A stretch of 38,141 bases of DNA from assembly GCA_002633005.1 (NCBI GenBank), contig NMRA01000418.1:1-38141 (forward strand), written 5' to 3'. A program made the translations under genes and the position numbers. How positions within the stretch are numbered: the first letter of the stretch is position 1; every line of letters begins with the position of its first letter. Positions 13,131 through 24,429 of the stretch are shown piece after piece. The DNA is from Phoronis australis (Eukaryota > Animalia > Phoronida). Under the pieces are notes generated by a model that was not told the origin of the DNA, did no database searches, and was given only the letters and a program-made list of their open reading frames with translations.

Positions 13131-13299
13131 TGTATTTAAAGGGCTCGCGAAATCGAGGCTGTTAATCTATCACCACTAGTACACGCACGCCCTCTAGTTA
13201 TTGTAGATTTTCCGAATAGCCCCATTGTAACGTGTTGCGAAATAAAGCTCCAAAACGTCCCGTGCAACTTGTTGCTTGACTCGCATGCAGCTATAGGAA

Positions 13300-14745
13300 A
13301 AAATGTCTCTTTTTGAGATTTTCCATTTTGGACAAACAGCCTCTCTGAGCCCATAAAAATTCCAAAACATTGGTTTAAAATTGAACTTTTTGCAAAAATC
13401 ATCAAAAGATAACAAATACCCATGTTCACCTGGAAGGTCTGGGATATAAAAGACACCAATTTCAAACCATTTTCTCCAAAACACAGTTTCTTAGCCAATC
13501 ATAACATTAATGTTATACCAAATTAGTTGATATTGTATTTCCTTCTGCTCTATTATAATGGAAAAAAGCATACAGAAATTTAAATTGTTCCTTCCAAAAA
13601 GGTTCTCAGTTTGAGAAGCGGCATGTTTGTAGAAATAGTTCCCAAATGTTAGAAAATCCAATGATACTAAATCAGTGTTTAAGAAGAGTCTTATTAATAA
13701 CCATGCTGCAGAATTTGTGGCTTTTAAGATCCTACGCATCCATGTTATCTTATTTGCCTTTACAATGACAAAACCTCTATCATTTTACAATCACCGAAGT
13801 CATAATTTTGAATTATGGTTTTCGACTAATTCTCTCACACTTTCCTCTCCAAACATAACAAAACCAGTTTTCTAAATCTTTTCACAACAGATTGTTGGGG
13901 ATTGGCAAACATGGATCAGTTTTAGGAGAAGAAATGATTTGACCACAGTAACTTTACCAAAAGTTATCATTAAGTCTCTATTTGACCATCTTACAATTTC
14001 CTTTTTAATATCAAACAATTTGCGACCAAAAGTTTAATTACTCATTTCATGGATGTCGGTACAAAAAACAATCCCGAGTACAGTTAAGTGTGAGACCATT
14101 TTAAGTCCTTTTCAGAAAAAACCTTGAATTGCTTTGCCTCATAGAACCTATCCAGACACAAGAACTGAATACTTCGAGAACTGGTCAAGTAGATCAAGAG
14201 TTTTTTAATGATCTTTCGGAACCATCGACGATGATGGCAGTGTCATCTGTACATTGGACTAGCTTATATTCTTTAGATCCAATCTGGATACCTTTTGTAT
14301 TTTTGTTCTTCCTAAGGAGATTTCCCATAATCTCAGCATAGAGTAGAAAAAGATAGGGAGATAAAGGGTCTCATGGTTTGCAACCTCTATCCATTTAAAA
14401 AAAATCCACATTGAATTACACAAACCATAGCTCCCTCATTAAGCAACGAGACCCACTTTTTGATGTTTGGGCCAAACTTAAAAAAGACAGGGTTTGTTGT
14501 AGAAATGCCCAAGACTGAATCGAACGCCTTCTCAGAATCCAACAGGACCAGTAATCCAGGAATATTCAATTGGTCAGTTGCTCAGATAAGATCATAGGTT
14601 AATCGAATATTTTCATCAATTTACCAGCAATAAAATCTTTCTGGTTTTCGTGGATCAAACAATTTAAGGCAGACTAATGACGCTCAACAATACAAGCTGA
14701 AGCAATGAAATTGGCCTCCAGTTTTTGAGAAGTTCCCATAGTTTG
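13300..14745 (-). mobile_element. Tx1/L1-clade LINE, decayed RT region
   Basis: LKNWRPISLL, PGLLVLLDSEKAFDSV..FGPNIKKWV, RGCKP*DPLSPYLF, EYKLVQCTDDT; many stops and frameshifts. Confidence 0.88.
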
Positions 14746-17560
14746 TTAGCTGTCAAGGTTGACCTGTGTGCGTTTGTCCTGATTTGGTAATCTCGATAAG
14801 GCATCTGCCAGTACCATGCCTTTTCCGGGTGATAAGGGACAGAGAAGTCGTATGCCTGTATTTTGACCATCGTCCGCCGGAGTCGCGGGGTGCTGTTGGT
14901 ATTGGTTTTCTGAAGATGATTTCCAGGGTCTTCTTGTCTGTGATAACTGTGAAGTGTGTGTTATACAGGTATTGTCTGAAACGCTGAATGCCTTGCATCA
15001 AGCTAGATGTTTTTATAATTGGCTTTCGCTGTTGTTACAGCCTTGTTGGCAAAAGCCACCGGTTGCTCTTTTTGTATCAGAACTGTCCGAGGCCCTTAGT
15101 GGATGCGTCCACTTCTAGCGTTGAAGGATAGAGTGGGTCGTAGAAGCTCAGTTCTGTTATTTAGTTACCAGCTCTTTTATCTGCTGAAACAATTGCTGAT
15201 GGTCCTCACTCCATTCGAATGGCGCTTCTTGAGCAAATCACGTAGGATTGACGTGTGCTCCGAGACCTTGGGAAGGTGAGTAGACATGAAAGTCACTATC
15301 CCAATGAAGCGTTGGAGGTCCTCAACCCTTCTTTCTGAGCAATTTTGAAAAAGTGGATGAGTCGTGCGTCGTGGTGTTCTTCGATTTAGCGAGAAATTGC
15401 AATATCATCACTAATACCAACTCATCTTTCACACTAGTCCAAGATAGCATCCATACGACTCTGAAATATGTCTTGGCTTACAGAGAGGCCAAAAGGCTGT
15501 ACCTTGAAGCAGTATCTCCAAAATGAGGTGCGAAAGGTAGCAAGTTCTTGCGACGTTGCCTTCAGTTTGACACTCAAATAACCGGCTTTCACATCCGACT
15601 TGATGAAAAACTGCGTTTGCGAATGTCGGTTCTCTTTTCTACTGCTGATATCTCGTGGGGCATTGTTTCAATGCTTGATTTAACTTCCTGTGATCTAAAC
15701 AGGTACATAAACTGCCATCCTTCTTCAAAACGTAGGTTAGGGATCAATCGGTAAGGTGCGTGACCTTTCTGATGATGCCCATCTTCGCGAGCTCATCTTT
15801 TATTTTGGAGAGAACATTGATGGAATGAGTGCGAGGTCGGTCAGTAGGTGGAATTGAATCTTTTTCTGAGATTAAAATCTGCCTCACCAGAAAAGTTTCC
15901 AATTGCATCATAACAGTCGGGAAACCACCTTTTCGGATCATCGTGGGTGGCTTACCACGCTGGTGCAAAGCTGAGTGGGCCTCGTGGGTGGTGCCAGCAT
16001 CAGGCGTCGAGCTGGCACTGTTTCGGGGACCATTGGCCACGCTGAGGAAGTCGGCGTCCAAAATGACTATACAAAGCTTTTTGCATGCAAGTAAAACTCA
16101 GAATGGCGGGCTCAGGAACATAAACAACGTAGAATTTCTGCTTTTGGTAACCTGTGCTCTTTGGGCGTCGCACATGTAGCATTACTGACCTATAACACTT
16201 GATGGCGTGTCCAGTGGAGGCCGAAAGTTGGTCATGTTGCTTCTACATTGAAGAACCCTTGGAGTAGACCTGGAGCCAAAAATTTGGCGAAATGTTAACC
16301 CCAGCGCCAGTATCAGGAGCTCTTCCATTCGAGGGTTGCCATGCCTGATGTCAGCCTGGTGTGGACTTCATCATGCAGGAACGTGTAAAGTGCCGTATTA
16401 CTAAATGTGATCGTGCACAAGATTTCGGAGTACACAGCGTGGTTTCCGTCATCGGTATCGGTGCTGTAGTTGTCTAGTCACTTCGTGCTGAGAACGTCTT
16501 TGGTTGCGCGAATTGTTGTGTGTTTTGTCGTCATAACGTTTACGGTGTTCTTTGGGGTTGGCCTGAGGTTGTCTTCCCTGTTTCTTGCGGCACACTGTTT
16601 ATCAATGGCCTTGGTGTCCGCGGTAGCCACACGTATCGTTTTACGCTGGACAGGAGCGTGACTGGTGGTGAATATTACAACTGGAACGTGGGCGGCGGGA
16701 TGGCTTTATTTCACCAATACCTGCAGAGCTAAGGTTATTCATGATGAGAGATTGTTGGGATGCCTTAATGGCCTCATGTTCGCGCCGTCGTTCGACGACA
16801 GCCGTGATCGAGTGGCCTTTTATTTTTTACAGAAGTTCCTTTTTGAAGTCGCCGATAGGAGAGGATAAATTAACCATTTCAATGTACCTCTTGTTGAGCT
16901 CGTTGTCTCCGAACAGACAGTTTGCTGCTTTCTCTCGCAGGCGTGACGCAAAGTCTGTGATGTTTTCATCGTCTCATTGGCGCATGTGGGAAAATTCGAG
17001 GCTGTGGACTATAAAATTTAACTTCACCCTGCCATCGACCAGCCCTTCCACGAGTTTCCAAAGTTTTGCTGGATTTTTCATATGGGCGTCGCATAGCTCT
17101 GATGCCAGAAGGTACGTGGCGCGTACCCTCGTCGCTAAGGCCAATAGTTTTACTTTAGTGGCCTGCTTTGCTGAATCACCCATTTCAAGGTCCTCAAGAC
17201 ATAAGTTTACTCGGGCCTGAAAGGTGCGGAATCATTGCGCCAGGGGTCATGGCCCCACTCCATGAAGGGCATTTTCGTGCCGGATGCCCGTGGATGTAGT
17301 TGGCCATTGTTACTACTTGTTATCTGTTTGATGTTACACGTCGATTAGGGACACCCAGGTGCTTTTGAAAGTATCTGCAGCGTCGACATGGGCTGAGGTA
17401 TTCGGACACTGGGCACAGATTGTTCCTGTGGAAAGTGAGATGCACATTCACGCACTATAGCGATTGACGATCCCGGTTCGCGAGCGTTCACAGTCACGCC
17501 ACAAGCAGGAAGCGTGCACGAGAAATAGACAGAGTTCAACGTTGGAGACAGTCCAGTTTA

Positions 17561-17572
17561 CTGCTGCCACCA
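17561..17572 (-). promoter_or_regulatory. Gypsy primer binding site, probably tRNA-Leu
   Basis: TGGTGGCAGCAG immediately follows the LTR end ATACTACA on the minus strand. Confidence 0.75.
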
Positions 17573-17811
17573 TGTAGTATGATGAGCACAACTGTATTGA
17601 AGTGTAACTCACTGAGCTCTCACAAACCCGAAGAAGGCAGCCGACATCTTGCTAACATCGCCACCTATCGTATCCACACGCTACAATAGCCGAAGCCCAA
17701 TAAGACAGCGCCAAAGCAGAGCTGGACGTTACAAACAGAACATGATAACCCAGTAGCGCAACTCTTGCGCCCGGACAAGGCAGCGCCGTGCAAGGGAGAT
17801 TTTATACTACT
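17573..17811 (-). repeat. Gypsy 5' LTR (about 239 bp)
   Basis: Inverted termini TGTAGTAT ... ATACTAC(t), adjacent to the PBS. Confidence 0.8.
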
Positions 17812-18712
17812 CTGCAGTCCGATTAACTATCGTCGAACATCAGTTTTACGTGCACCCCGTCCAATGATTAGAAACTTCGTGAAGCCGTTCTGGGCTTGCT
17901 AATTAATTTTGAATGGGATACTTTAAGTAGTAAGGAATGAGACACCACTGTCTTCATGCAGCATTCAGAGCTTCTGTCATCGAAATTTTTGTTTGAAACA
18001 ATTTTTTGCATTAAAAATCTTTCGTTTTTTTGGTGTATAGTTGGTAATGTCCTCTTAGTAGTATTCATTGGCCCAACTACGCCAGTGTGTCTTTAGCAGT
18101 ATTAATTCCCAGCAAAATCGCGCTAGGCACACACGCAATAGTTACATAGACGTTGCATCCTTGTGTTATGTTGTGTAAGAGACCATTTGCCTCCAAAATA
18201 CTTTGCTCTGTACTATATCACATATCGAAAACTAAAGTACATGCACGTAACCACACCTCACTGTACTTTAAAAGGTCTTTGTTGATGTCTGGAGCACATA
18301 CATGTAGCAGATGCAACAACCTCGCTAAGGAAGCTAGTGTGATCACGTCCTTCGTTTGCGTTACATGTCAATATCTCGCGAAGTCTCCAGTTCCGGTTCT
18401 TGCGTACTCGTGAGGTTCTCGCGTTAGTGCTTTTGGACGCACGCTAGGGCAGAGTTTCATAGCTGTCTCCCGACTAGAACATGAGCAACGCGGAGCGTTG
18501 AAATGCCCTCACAAATGCCGGCAAACTGTGTGGTTCTAGGATTAGTAATTTTTATCTTAAAAATGGCAACTAGAGGGCTCAGAAAACATTGAACCCATCC
18601 AAATATGGGACAGTGTCGTTGTTTTTCAAAATTATTTGGCACATTTTGTGGAAATCTGTCAAAGTACTCTAAAATACAATGGCAAACGTAAAAAACGGAT
18701 TGTTCTAAAACC

Positions 18713-18830
18713 CCCTCGACCCCCACACCCCATGACACTCTCGACCCACGACCCTCGACCCACGACCCTCGACCCACGACCCTCGACCCACGACCTACAA
18801 CCCCCTCGATCCAGTCTACACAAGCTCGAC
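18713..18830. repeat. Heptamer minisatellite (alternating CGACCCA/CGACCCT)
   Basis: Direct reading: tcgacccacgaccctcgacccacgaccctcgacccacgacc. Confidence 0.9.
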
Positions 18831-20739
18831 TCCATCTGAATGTAGAACAAGAGCTGATTTGCAGGACCAATGAGTTGGGCCGTGAGCTCGGCACATCCGA
18901 AAATCCCTGCAAACGTCAACCTGGGTTTTCTCATCGGCAACATTTTCCGTTTTCAAATTCACATGAATGCAGTCAGTTAACTTAATAACGATCCTTCAGA
19001 GTATATAGGAGATACAGCAATGGCGCAAAAAATGACACTAGGTGGCGCCACAGTAGTCGATACAGCGATGGGTGCAACAACAAAACTGTCACTAGGAGGC
19101 GTCGTCGAAAAATCATCGTTCGTCTTCTGTTAGAACAAAGACGACGTGTTTATATCTCCAGAAATGAGCGTTTGCGTATTTTCCGTTATAACTTAGGTAA
19201 ATCATGGGCAGTGAAACACTGAAAAAATTGGGGGCTATACCCCCAGCTCCCTATGGTTCGTGCCCATGTCAATGTAAGGTTGAAAATGACTTTGACATGT
19301 TATTTGTTTGTACATTATACACTGACACTATTAGGAAAAGGTTTATACCAGAGTATTTGTGTTATAATCCGTGTGAATGAAACTTCATCAATCTTATGTC
19401 TTCACATCTTTCTACCATATGTATACATCGTTGACTCGGTGAATGAAAGGAGTGAGGGTACATAAGAAGCTGCACTGCTGCATGGCGGGTTGAGTGGCAG
19501 ACATTTAACCTTTTACCACAGAGAAGAAGTAAACAAATTTCCAAGCGGTTGCACGGTTCCAATGTGGCTCGGTCAAATCCTTTTCTCGCTTTAATTGGTA
19601 TATATTCTGTATTTTTAAAATACTAAACTTAAAAGTTTCCCTTGAATGAAGATGAGGCACTTTACAAGATATATGTGAAATATTGTAAAAATTGACCACT
19701 TTTTGTAAATAATGCCTACAATAAGTTGCTGAAAAAAGAGGTGTTTAGTGAGAGGTGTGTTTTAGCTCTGGCCTGCCTTTTTCGAAGAGTCAATAGAGTT
19801 TTGTCTTTTGATTTTGGCTAAAACCACTTTACGGATGACTAGCCTGTATCACGAAAACAGAATTTTTAATGTCGGCCAAATATGCATACATTCCAAAACG
19901 TTTCAAGAACTGAACGGCAAAAGGTAAAAACTCAACTCTCGGCTTTTCATGCTTACATTTCTGACTTTTGAAATACGAAAGTCAAAAGTCTTTTCAAGAA
20001 ATAAGTCCATGAACTACTACGGAAACTGTTGTTTCCTTGGTACAACTTTCAACTGAGGTAGCGTGACCGTGACCTACATAGCGCTGATGTAGAGTTGTAA
20101 CACGCCACATTATTTCCTCAAAACCAGTGTGCAAGGGTTATTTCCTGAGCACACATATTATATGCTATGCATACATATGTAGGCTAGCGAATATTTGTGC
20201 GATCTGAAATTTACAGTCAAGAGTGGCAAAGGGTAAGTACAGGAGTATCAAAAAATTGCCAGGTAGTCACCCTATTGTGGCCTTTGAGCCTAAGCCCTAA
20301 ATACGCACTTAGTAGGTTAGCCAAACCAGGAAAGTATTACCAGGTGTCTCTAAGCTAGGATTTGTGTTATTTTTCCGGAAGCAATTGCATTGTAGAAAGG
20401 GCACTCCTTTGTGCACAGCATGTGATCAATCTCTTCGTTTTACGACCTAGCGATAAAGTAATTATGCTTCGGAAATGTTGACTTCACGGCAAGATATATC
20501 TGTAAAATTTCTCTGACAATTTAGTGGGCGTACGAGAGTTTTTTGTGTGCCGTTAACCTGGACATGTGAGTGAATTTTTATGCTAGAATAGTGTCGGGTC
20601 ATCCACTAAACCGCAATATAGGGGCAGGGGCCTAACACGACTGAGCACTGCCTTGGAGTCACATTGTTCCACTATGTTTAATCTACCTAAAGCCTTGTTA
20701 AGGCGCTGATGTGCCAGGTTGCATCATTTCTAAAACGTA

Positions 20740-21050
20740 TTGATCCTTACTCCGACCTTTAGCCAATTGACATTTTCAAGACGTTTCGGTCGATCACTTC
20801 TCCGGACATATTCAGTGTTAAAGCGTTCTTGGAAAAATGAGCACGGATGTAAGATACACTCTTCAGTGGACAATGACGATCACCTTCAATCTTTTTCGTG
20901 GCACAAGGTGGGATTGTATCAAGGACATTTAGATTGTCAGTCCAGTACTCCTACCACTAAACAATCGAGTCATGCATTTACATTTGTTACATCTTCCTTA
21001 GGCTTGAGTGGTACAACCACGTGTTACTTCGTTGCCTGTTGGACTGACTG
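20740..21050 (-). mobile_element. Possible Penelope-like element 3' remnant with a degenerate minimal hammerhead (20780-20815)
   Basis: Minus strand CTGAATA-TGTCCG-GAGAAGTGAT-CGACC-GAAACGTC, preceded by a weak GIY-YIG C-terminus-like translation (DNLNVLD...RKIEG). Confidence 0.45.
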
Positions 21051-21099
21051 AAAACGTTGCCGTGTAACTTCATTCGACAGATCTGGCTTTAGTTGAAAT

Positions 21100-22322
21100 T
21101 ATGGATAGAACTGTCAAGGGCCGTTCTAATTGATCTTTCCAAAGCTTTTGTCTCTTTAAATCATTCAATTTTACTCGACACACTTCTAATGGTTGCCGCC
21201 CTTTGTCTTTAATATTTTGTGAAACTGTATCTCTAATCGGGCTAAGTGTGTTCAGATTAATAACATAAAATCTAACACGGTTTCAATTTTGCGGAGTGTC
21301 CCACAAGGGTCTATATTGGGTCCGCTATTATTCATCATTTATATGAATGATTTTGTGAAGTGCACGAGTTTCTTTTACTGCATACTTTATACTTATGATA
21401 CTACTATCATTAATGGTAGGACGTTGTCTGTAAATGAGTCACATATTTTGTGGGAGCTAGAGAAACTTCAGTGTTGGTTAGTTCATTCAATTTACTTGGT
21501 GTTACCATCAACGAAAACCTGTTAGAGACTCCACATATAAACAACGTGTTGAAAAAGATAAGCAGATTCTGTGGTGTTCTTAATAACATTAAACATTTCT
21601 TGCCCCTTGAAACTTTGAAAACTGTATATAATGCTCTTGTCCTTCCTCATTTTAATGGTGACATTCTGCTATGGGGGTGTGAGCATCATAGAATATTCAA
21701 ATTACAGAAAAAGGTTATTGGCACTATTACCTCTAGTTATTTTAATGCCCATACAGATCCTTTATTTAAGACTACACAGTTACTCAAAATTAAGGACTTG
21801 TATGTTGTTACTATTATTATTTTTTTTTCTACAAATATGTTCATAATTACTTACCTTCGTTTTTAACTAGTTCAATTCAAAAATCCGTGGGTCTGTTCAT
21901 CTTCTACAAACTCATTGTTATACTAAATCATTTGCTGAATATTAAGTTCGCACTTCCCTACCTCATATCATTAATAACCGTCCTGAAAGTGTTTCCCAAA
22001 ATTTTTTTACCCATTCGTCATCCTCTATTATAAATTATTTTAAGAACGTTTGTTTTGAAAGCTATGAACTTGAGTGCACTATTTTCAAACGCTCCTAGTC
22101 TTTTTACAAGTAGTTTTGAATTACATTATAACCTTTTTTGTAATTGTGATAATTTGTAACACTGTATTTTTATTCTCTGCTGGCTCCGTGGTCAGTGGAC
22201 CCTTCGGGTCCTTCACGGAGTCTCCATAAGCGTAAATTTGTATGAATTTTATTTTTGTTTTAACGTGAATAAAGTGTACTACTGCTACTACTGCTACTGC
22301 TGCTGCTGCTGCTGCTGCTGTT
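21100..22322 (+). mobile_element. L2/CR1-group LINE, 5'-truncated, RT through 3' tail
   Basis: LIDLSKAF, VPQGSILGPLLFIIYMND, LGVTINENL, YNALVLPHF..ILLWG, AHTDPLFK; 3' UTR hairpin at 22184-22220, AATAAA, then a (CTA/CTG)n tail at 22277-22322. Confidence 0.9.
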
Positions 22323-22989
22323 GCGCATGGCCTCATTGATTTGTCTCTTGGTCAAACTTGTTCCGTTGTCAAGTATCCCGGGTGTTATGCCACTGTATGC
22401 TCTGTTTTTGACCACATGTGTTCTATTACTCCCGATTAGCTGTTGCTTTCTCTTGTGTTCCGAAATCCTGGTTTCATTTGATGTTCATGTTTTGCCTATG
22501 TAGGATCCACAACATTCACATGAGATTTGGTAGAAGAGGTGTATCTTTTTTCCCCACGTCTGTTTTTGGTTTGACTTTGTTCTGCAGCCGTTCCATGGTG
22601 TCTGAGCCACTACACGTTTCTTATTTTTTATTCCTTGCATATGCGTCCTAGAACTTCAGAAATTTTAGGTATGTACGAGAGCCACACAGTTTGTGTTGTG
22701 TTTTTTCTGATTCTCCTTTCTTTGTGATGTTATGATGATTCTTTGAATTCTTCTGCGCCGCTACCATTCTTGTCGAATGTTTGCACCAGGTTGTCTGTCT
22801 CGGCTTGGAGTGTTCTTGGACTACATACTTCCTTTGATCGTCAGACATTTGATACTACCTCTCTTAACTCGTGGTGTGATTGGAGTTGGAGTCAAAGCAC
22901 CGTTTACTACTAGACTTCTTGTTAAAGAATGATGTTATTAATTACTCTCCATGTCTAGCAATGATCACATAATGCTCTTGGCTTCATCT

Positions 22990-24330
22990 TGTTTCATCCC
23001 AAAATTAGCGACGGTGAAGGCAATAAAGGACTTTCGATTGATTTCTTTTCTCTGCTTAGAGAGCACGATTTTTTTGCCATAGTGTCGCGTTGCATGGCAG
23101 CATATGCGTTGGGAAATGGGTTCACCAACCCACAGGTGCAGAAAGGAGGAATACCAGGATATTCCGGCTGTACAGATCACACAAGCATGCTTTCGGAACT
23201 CACTAGAGAATACAAGCAGCAGGCTAAAGACTTAACGATCATATGGATATACCTGGAACAGTGTGCGTGAGTCGACAAGGAATAGGCTTCGCACCAACTA
23301 AGAGGTGGAAGACAACAAAAGGGAAGGAAAGAAGAGATATGGTGTTTCAGCAGATATGCATTGCTGAGGAAGAGAAAAGAGATGTTACAGCTGTTTGAGA
23401 AAGAAGATCACTCCAAATGATCTGTTGTCATCACAAATTCAAGGACTCAGCTTTGTGCTTAGAGCAGGGTACGATCAACATCCCACGCCCAGGAACTTGA
23501 GTCTGTAGGTAAAGCTGAAGACGGCAGATGTGATAGGTTCGGGGAACCAGGTACTTTGCAGCACATACTATCAGCGTGCAAAGCAGCACTAGCAGAGGGG
23601 ATGTATACCAGGCGGCATATCAAGTGCTGAAGGCCCTGTCATATCCTGGACATTGATAGATCAGAGAAAAAGAGCATCAGTGGAAGAAGAAATCATCACC
23701 AGGGTTTATTCCACAAGTCGAGCGACTGGAAGATGACGGTAGACCTGGGAAGTCGACCGGTTTTCCCTACATACATAGCAGTGACAACAATGACGCCTGA
23801 TATAGTGTTATGGTCGGACAGCCTAAAAGGATTGGCCATAGTAGAGCTAACAGTGCCAAGGGAGACAAGGGCCGAGGAAGCTAACGAGAGGAAGACAGTG
23901 AAGTATCAAGGTCTGATTCATGACTGCGCAGGCAATGGGTGGATGTATCACAACATCCCGGTGGAGGTTGGTTGTGGAGGATTTACCACCAAGAGCTTAT
24001 GGAGAATGGCAAAGATTTTGGGGCTTACTAAGACATCACGGAAAGAGCTGTTTAAGACCTGTTCAACAGCAGCGGAAGCAGCTTCGGCATGCATCTGGCT
24101 GCAGAGAAGTAACCTCTGGCAACATGACCGTCGCAAGACCTGAGGCACGAATCTACCTCAGGTGGCCTGGGTTTTGGAGGTCGTACTGGATCAAGGCCGA
24201 AACGACCCATGAGGATTCCTAACCAGCTGAAGACGAGCGACGGTCAGTAGCAACGACACCAATGCTTACAAGCATTTAGTAAATCATTGTCACATCGTGG
24301 TTTCCGAGACAATTTCAACAAACGGCTATG
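22990..24330 (+). mobile_element. HERO-type (R2-group) non-LTR retrotransposon with restriction-like endonuclease; most of the RT deleted
   Basis: RT start (VQKGGIPGYSGCTDHT..DLTIIWIYL), CCHC remnant (GTLQHILSACKAALAEGMYTRRH) and RLE (PDIVLWS..IVELTVP..ERKTVKY..PVEVGCGGF), stop at 24143. Confidence 0.9.
24125..24246 (+). ncRNA. Putative rearranged (pseudoknotted) hammerhead ribozyme in the HERO 3' UTR
   Basis: GUA cleavage triplet at 24183-24185, GAAA at 24199-24202 and CUGAAGA at 24227-24233, with stem I, II and III pairings in register with the core plus two extra helices (see findings). Confidence 0.6.
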
Positions 24331-24346
24331 TGAAACAAAAATAAGA

Positions 24347-24425
24347 CATTATTATTATTATATTATTATTATATTATTATTATTATTATTAATATTATTA
24401 TTATAAGTAATAAGTAATAAGTAAT
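24347..24425. repeat. (ATT)n / AGTAATA microsatellite
   Basis: Direct reading; lies between two tail-to-tail LINEs. Confidence 0.95.
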
Positions 24426-24429
24426 TTTT

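Larger units (their letters stand above)
10074..13223. mobile_element. ISL2EU-type (PIF/Harbinger-related) DNA transposon, internally deleted
   Basis: TIRs GGGGCTATTCGGA / TCCGAATAGCCCC share a subterminal TGTACTAGTGGTGAT. The TSD is AT within a caATtg site. A THAP remnant (+) and SAP and YqaJ remnants (-) are convergent. Confidence 0.85.
14750..17811 (-). mobile_element. Ty3/Gypsy LTR retrotransposon, decayed, truncated after RNase H
   Basis: LTR and PBS; gag (ENITDFASRLREKAANCLF); knuckle remnant near 16590-16660; protease DTGAGVN; RT (DVKAGY, PFGLSVSQDIFQ, ISDDI); RNase H (EVDAS, FRQYLYNTHFTVITD, LADALSR). Confidence 0.92.

Noticed and set aside
15960-16190. Apparent zinc knuckle after the Gypsy protease, suggesting rearranged domain order
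   Set aside because: Another frame gives the normal protease C-terminus (FYVVYVPEPAILS); the real knuckle is near 16600.
18457-18943. ORFs with GRGS repeats
   Set aside because: Translation of the heptamer minisatellite.
19203-19268. CATGGGCA...TGCCCATG mini inverted repeat
   Set aside because: Probably a MITE remnant, but there is no TSD to support the boundaries.
22121-22336. Poly-Ala ORF
   Set aside because: It is the antisense of the LINE microsatellite tail.
22330-22985. Possible Gypsy integrase C-terminal remnant (IARHG, RKYVV) on the minus strand
   Set aside because: Motifs are too short and degenerate to call.
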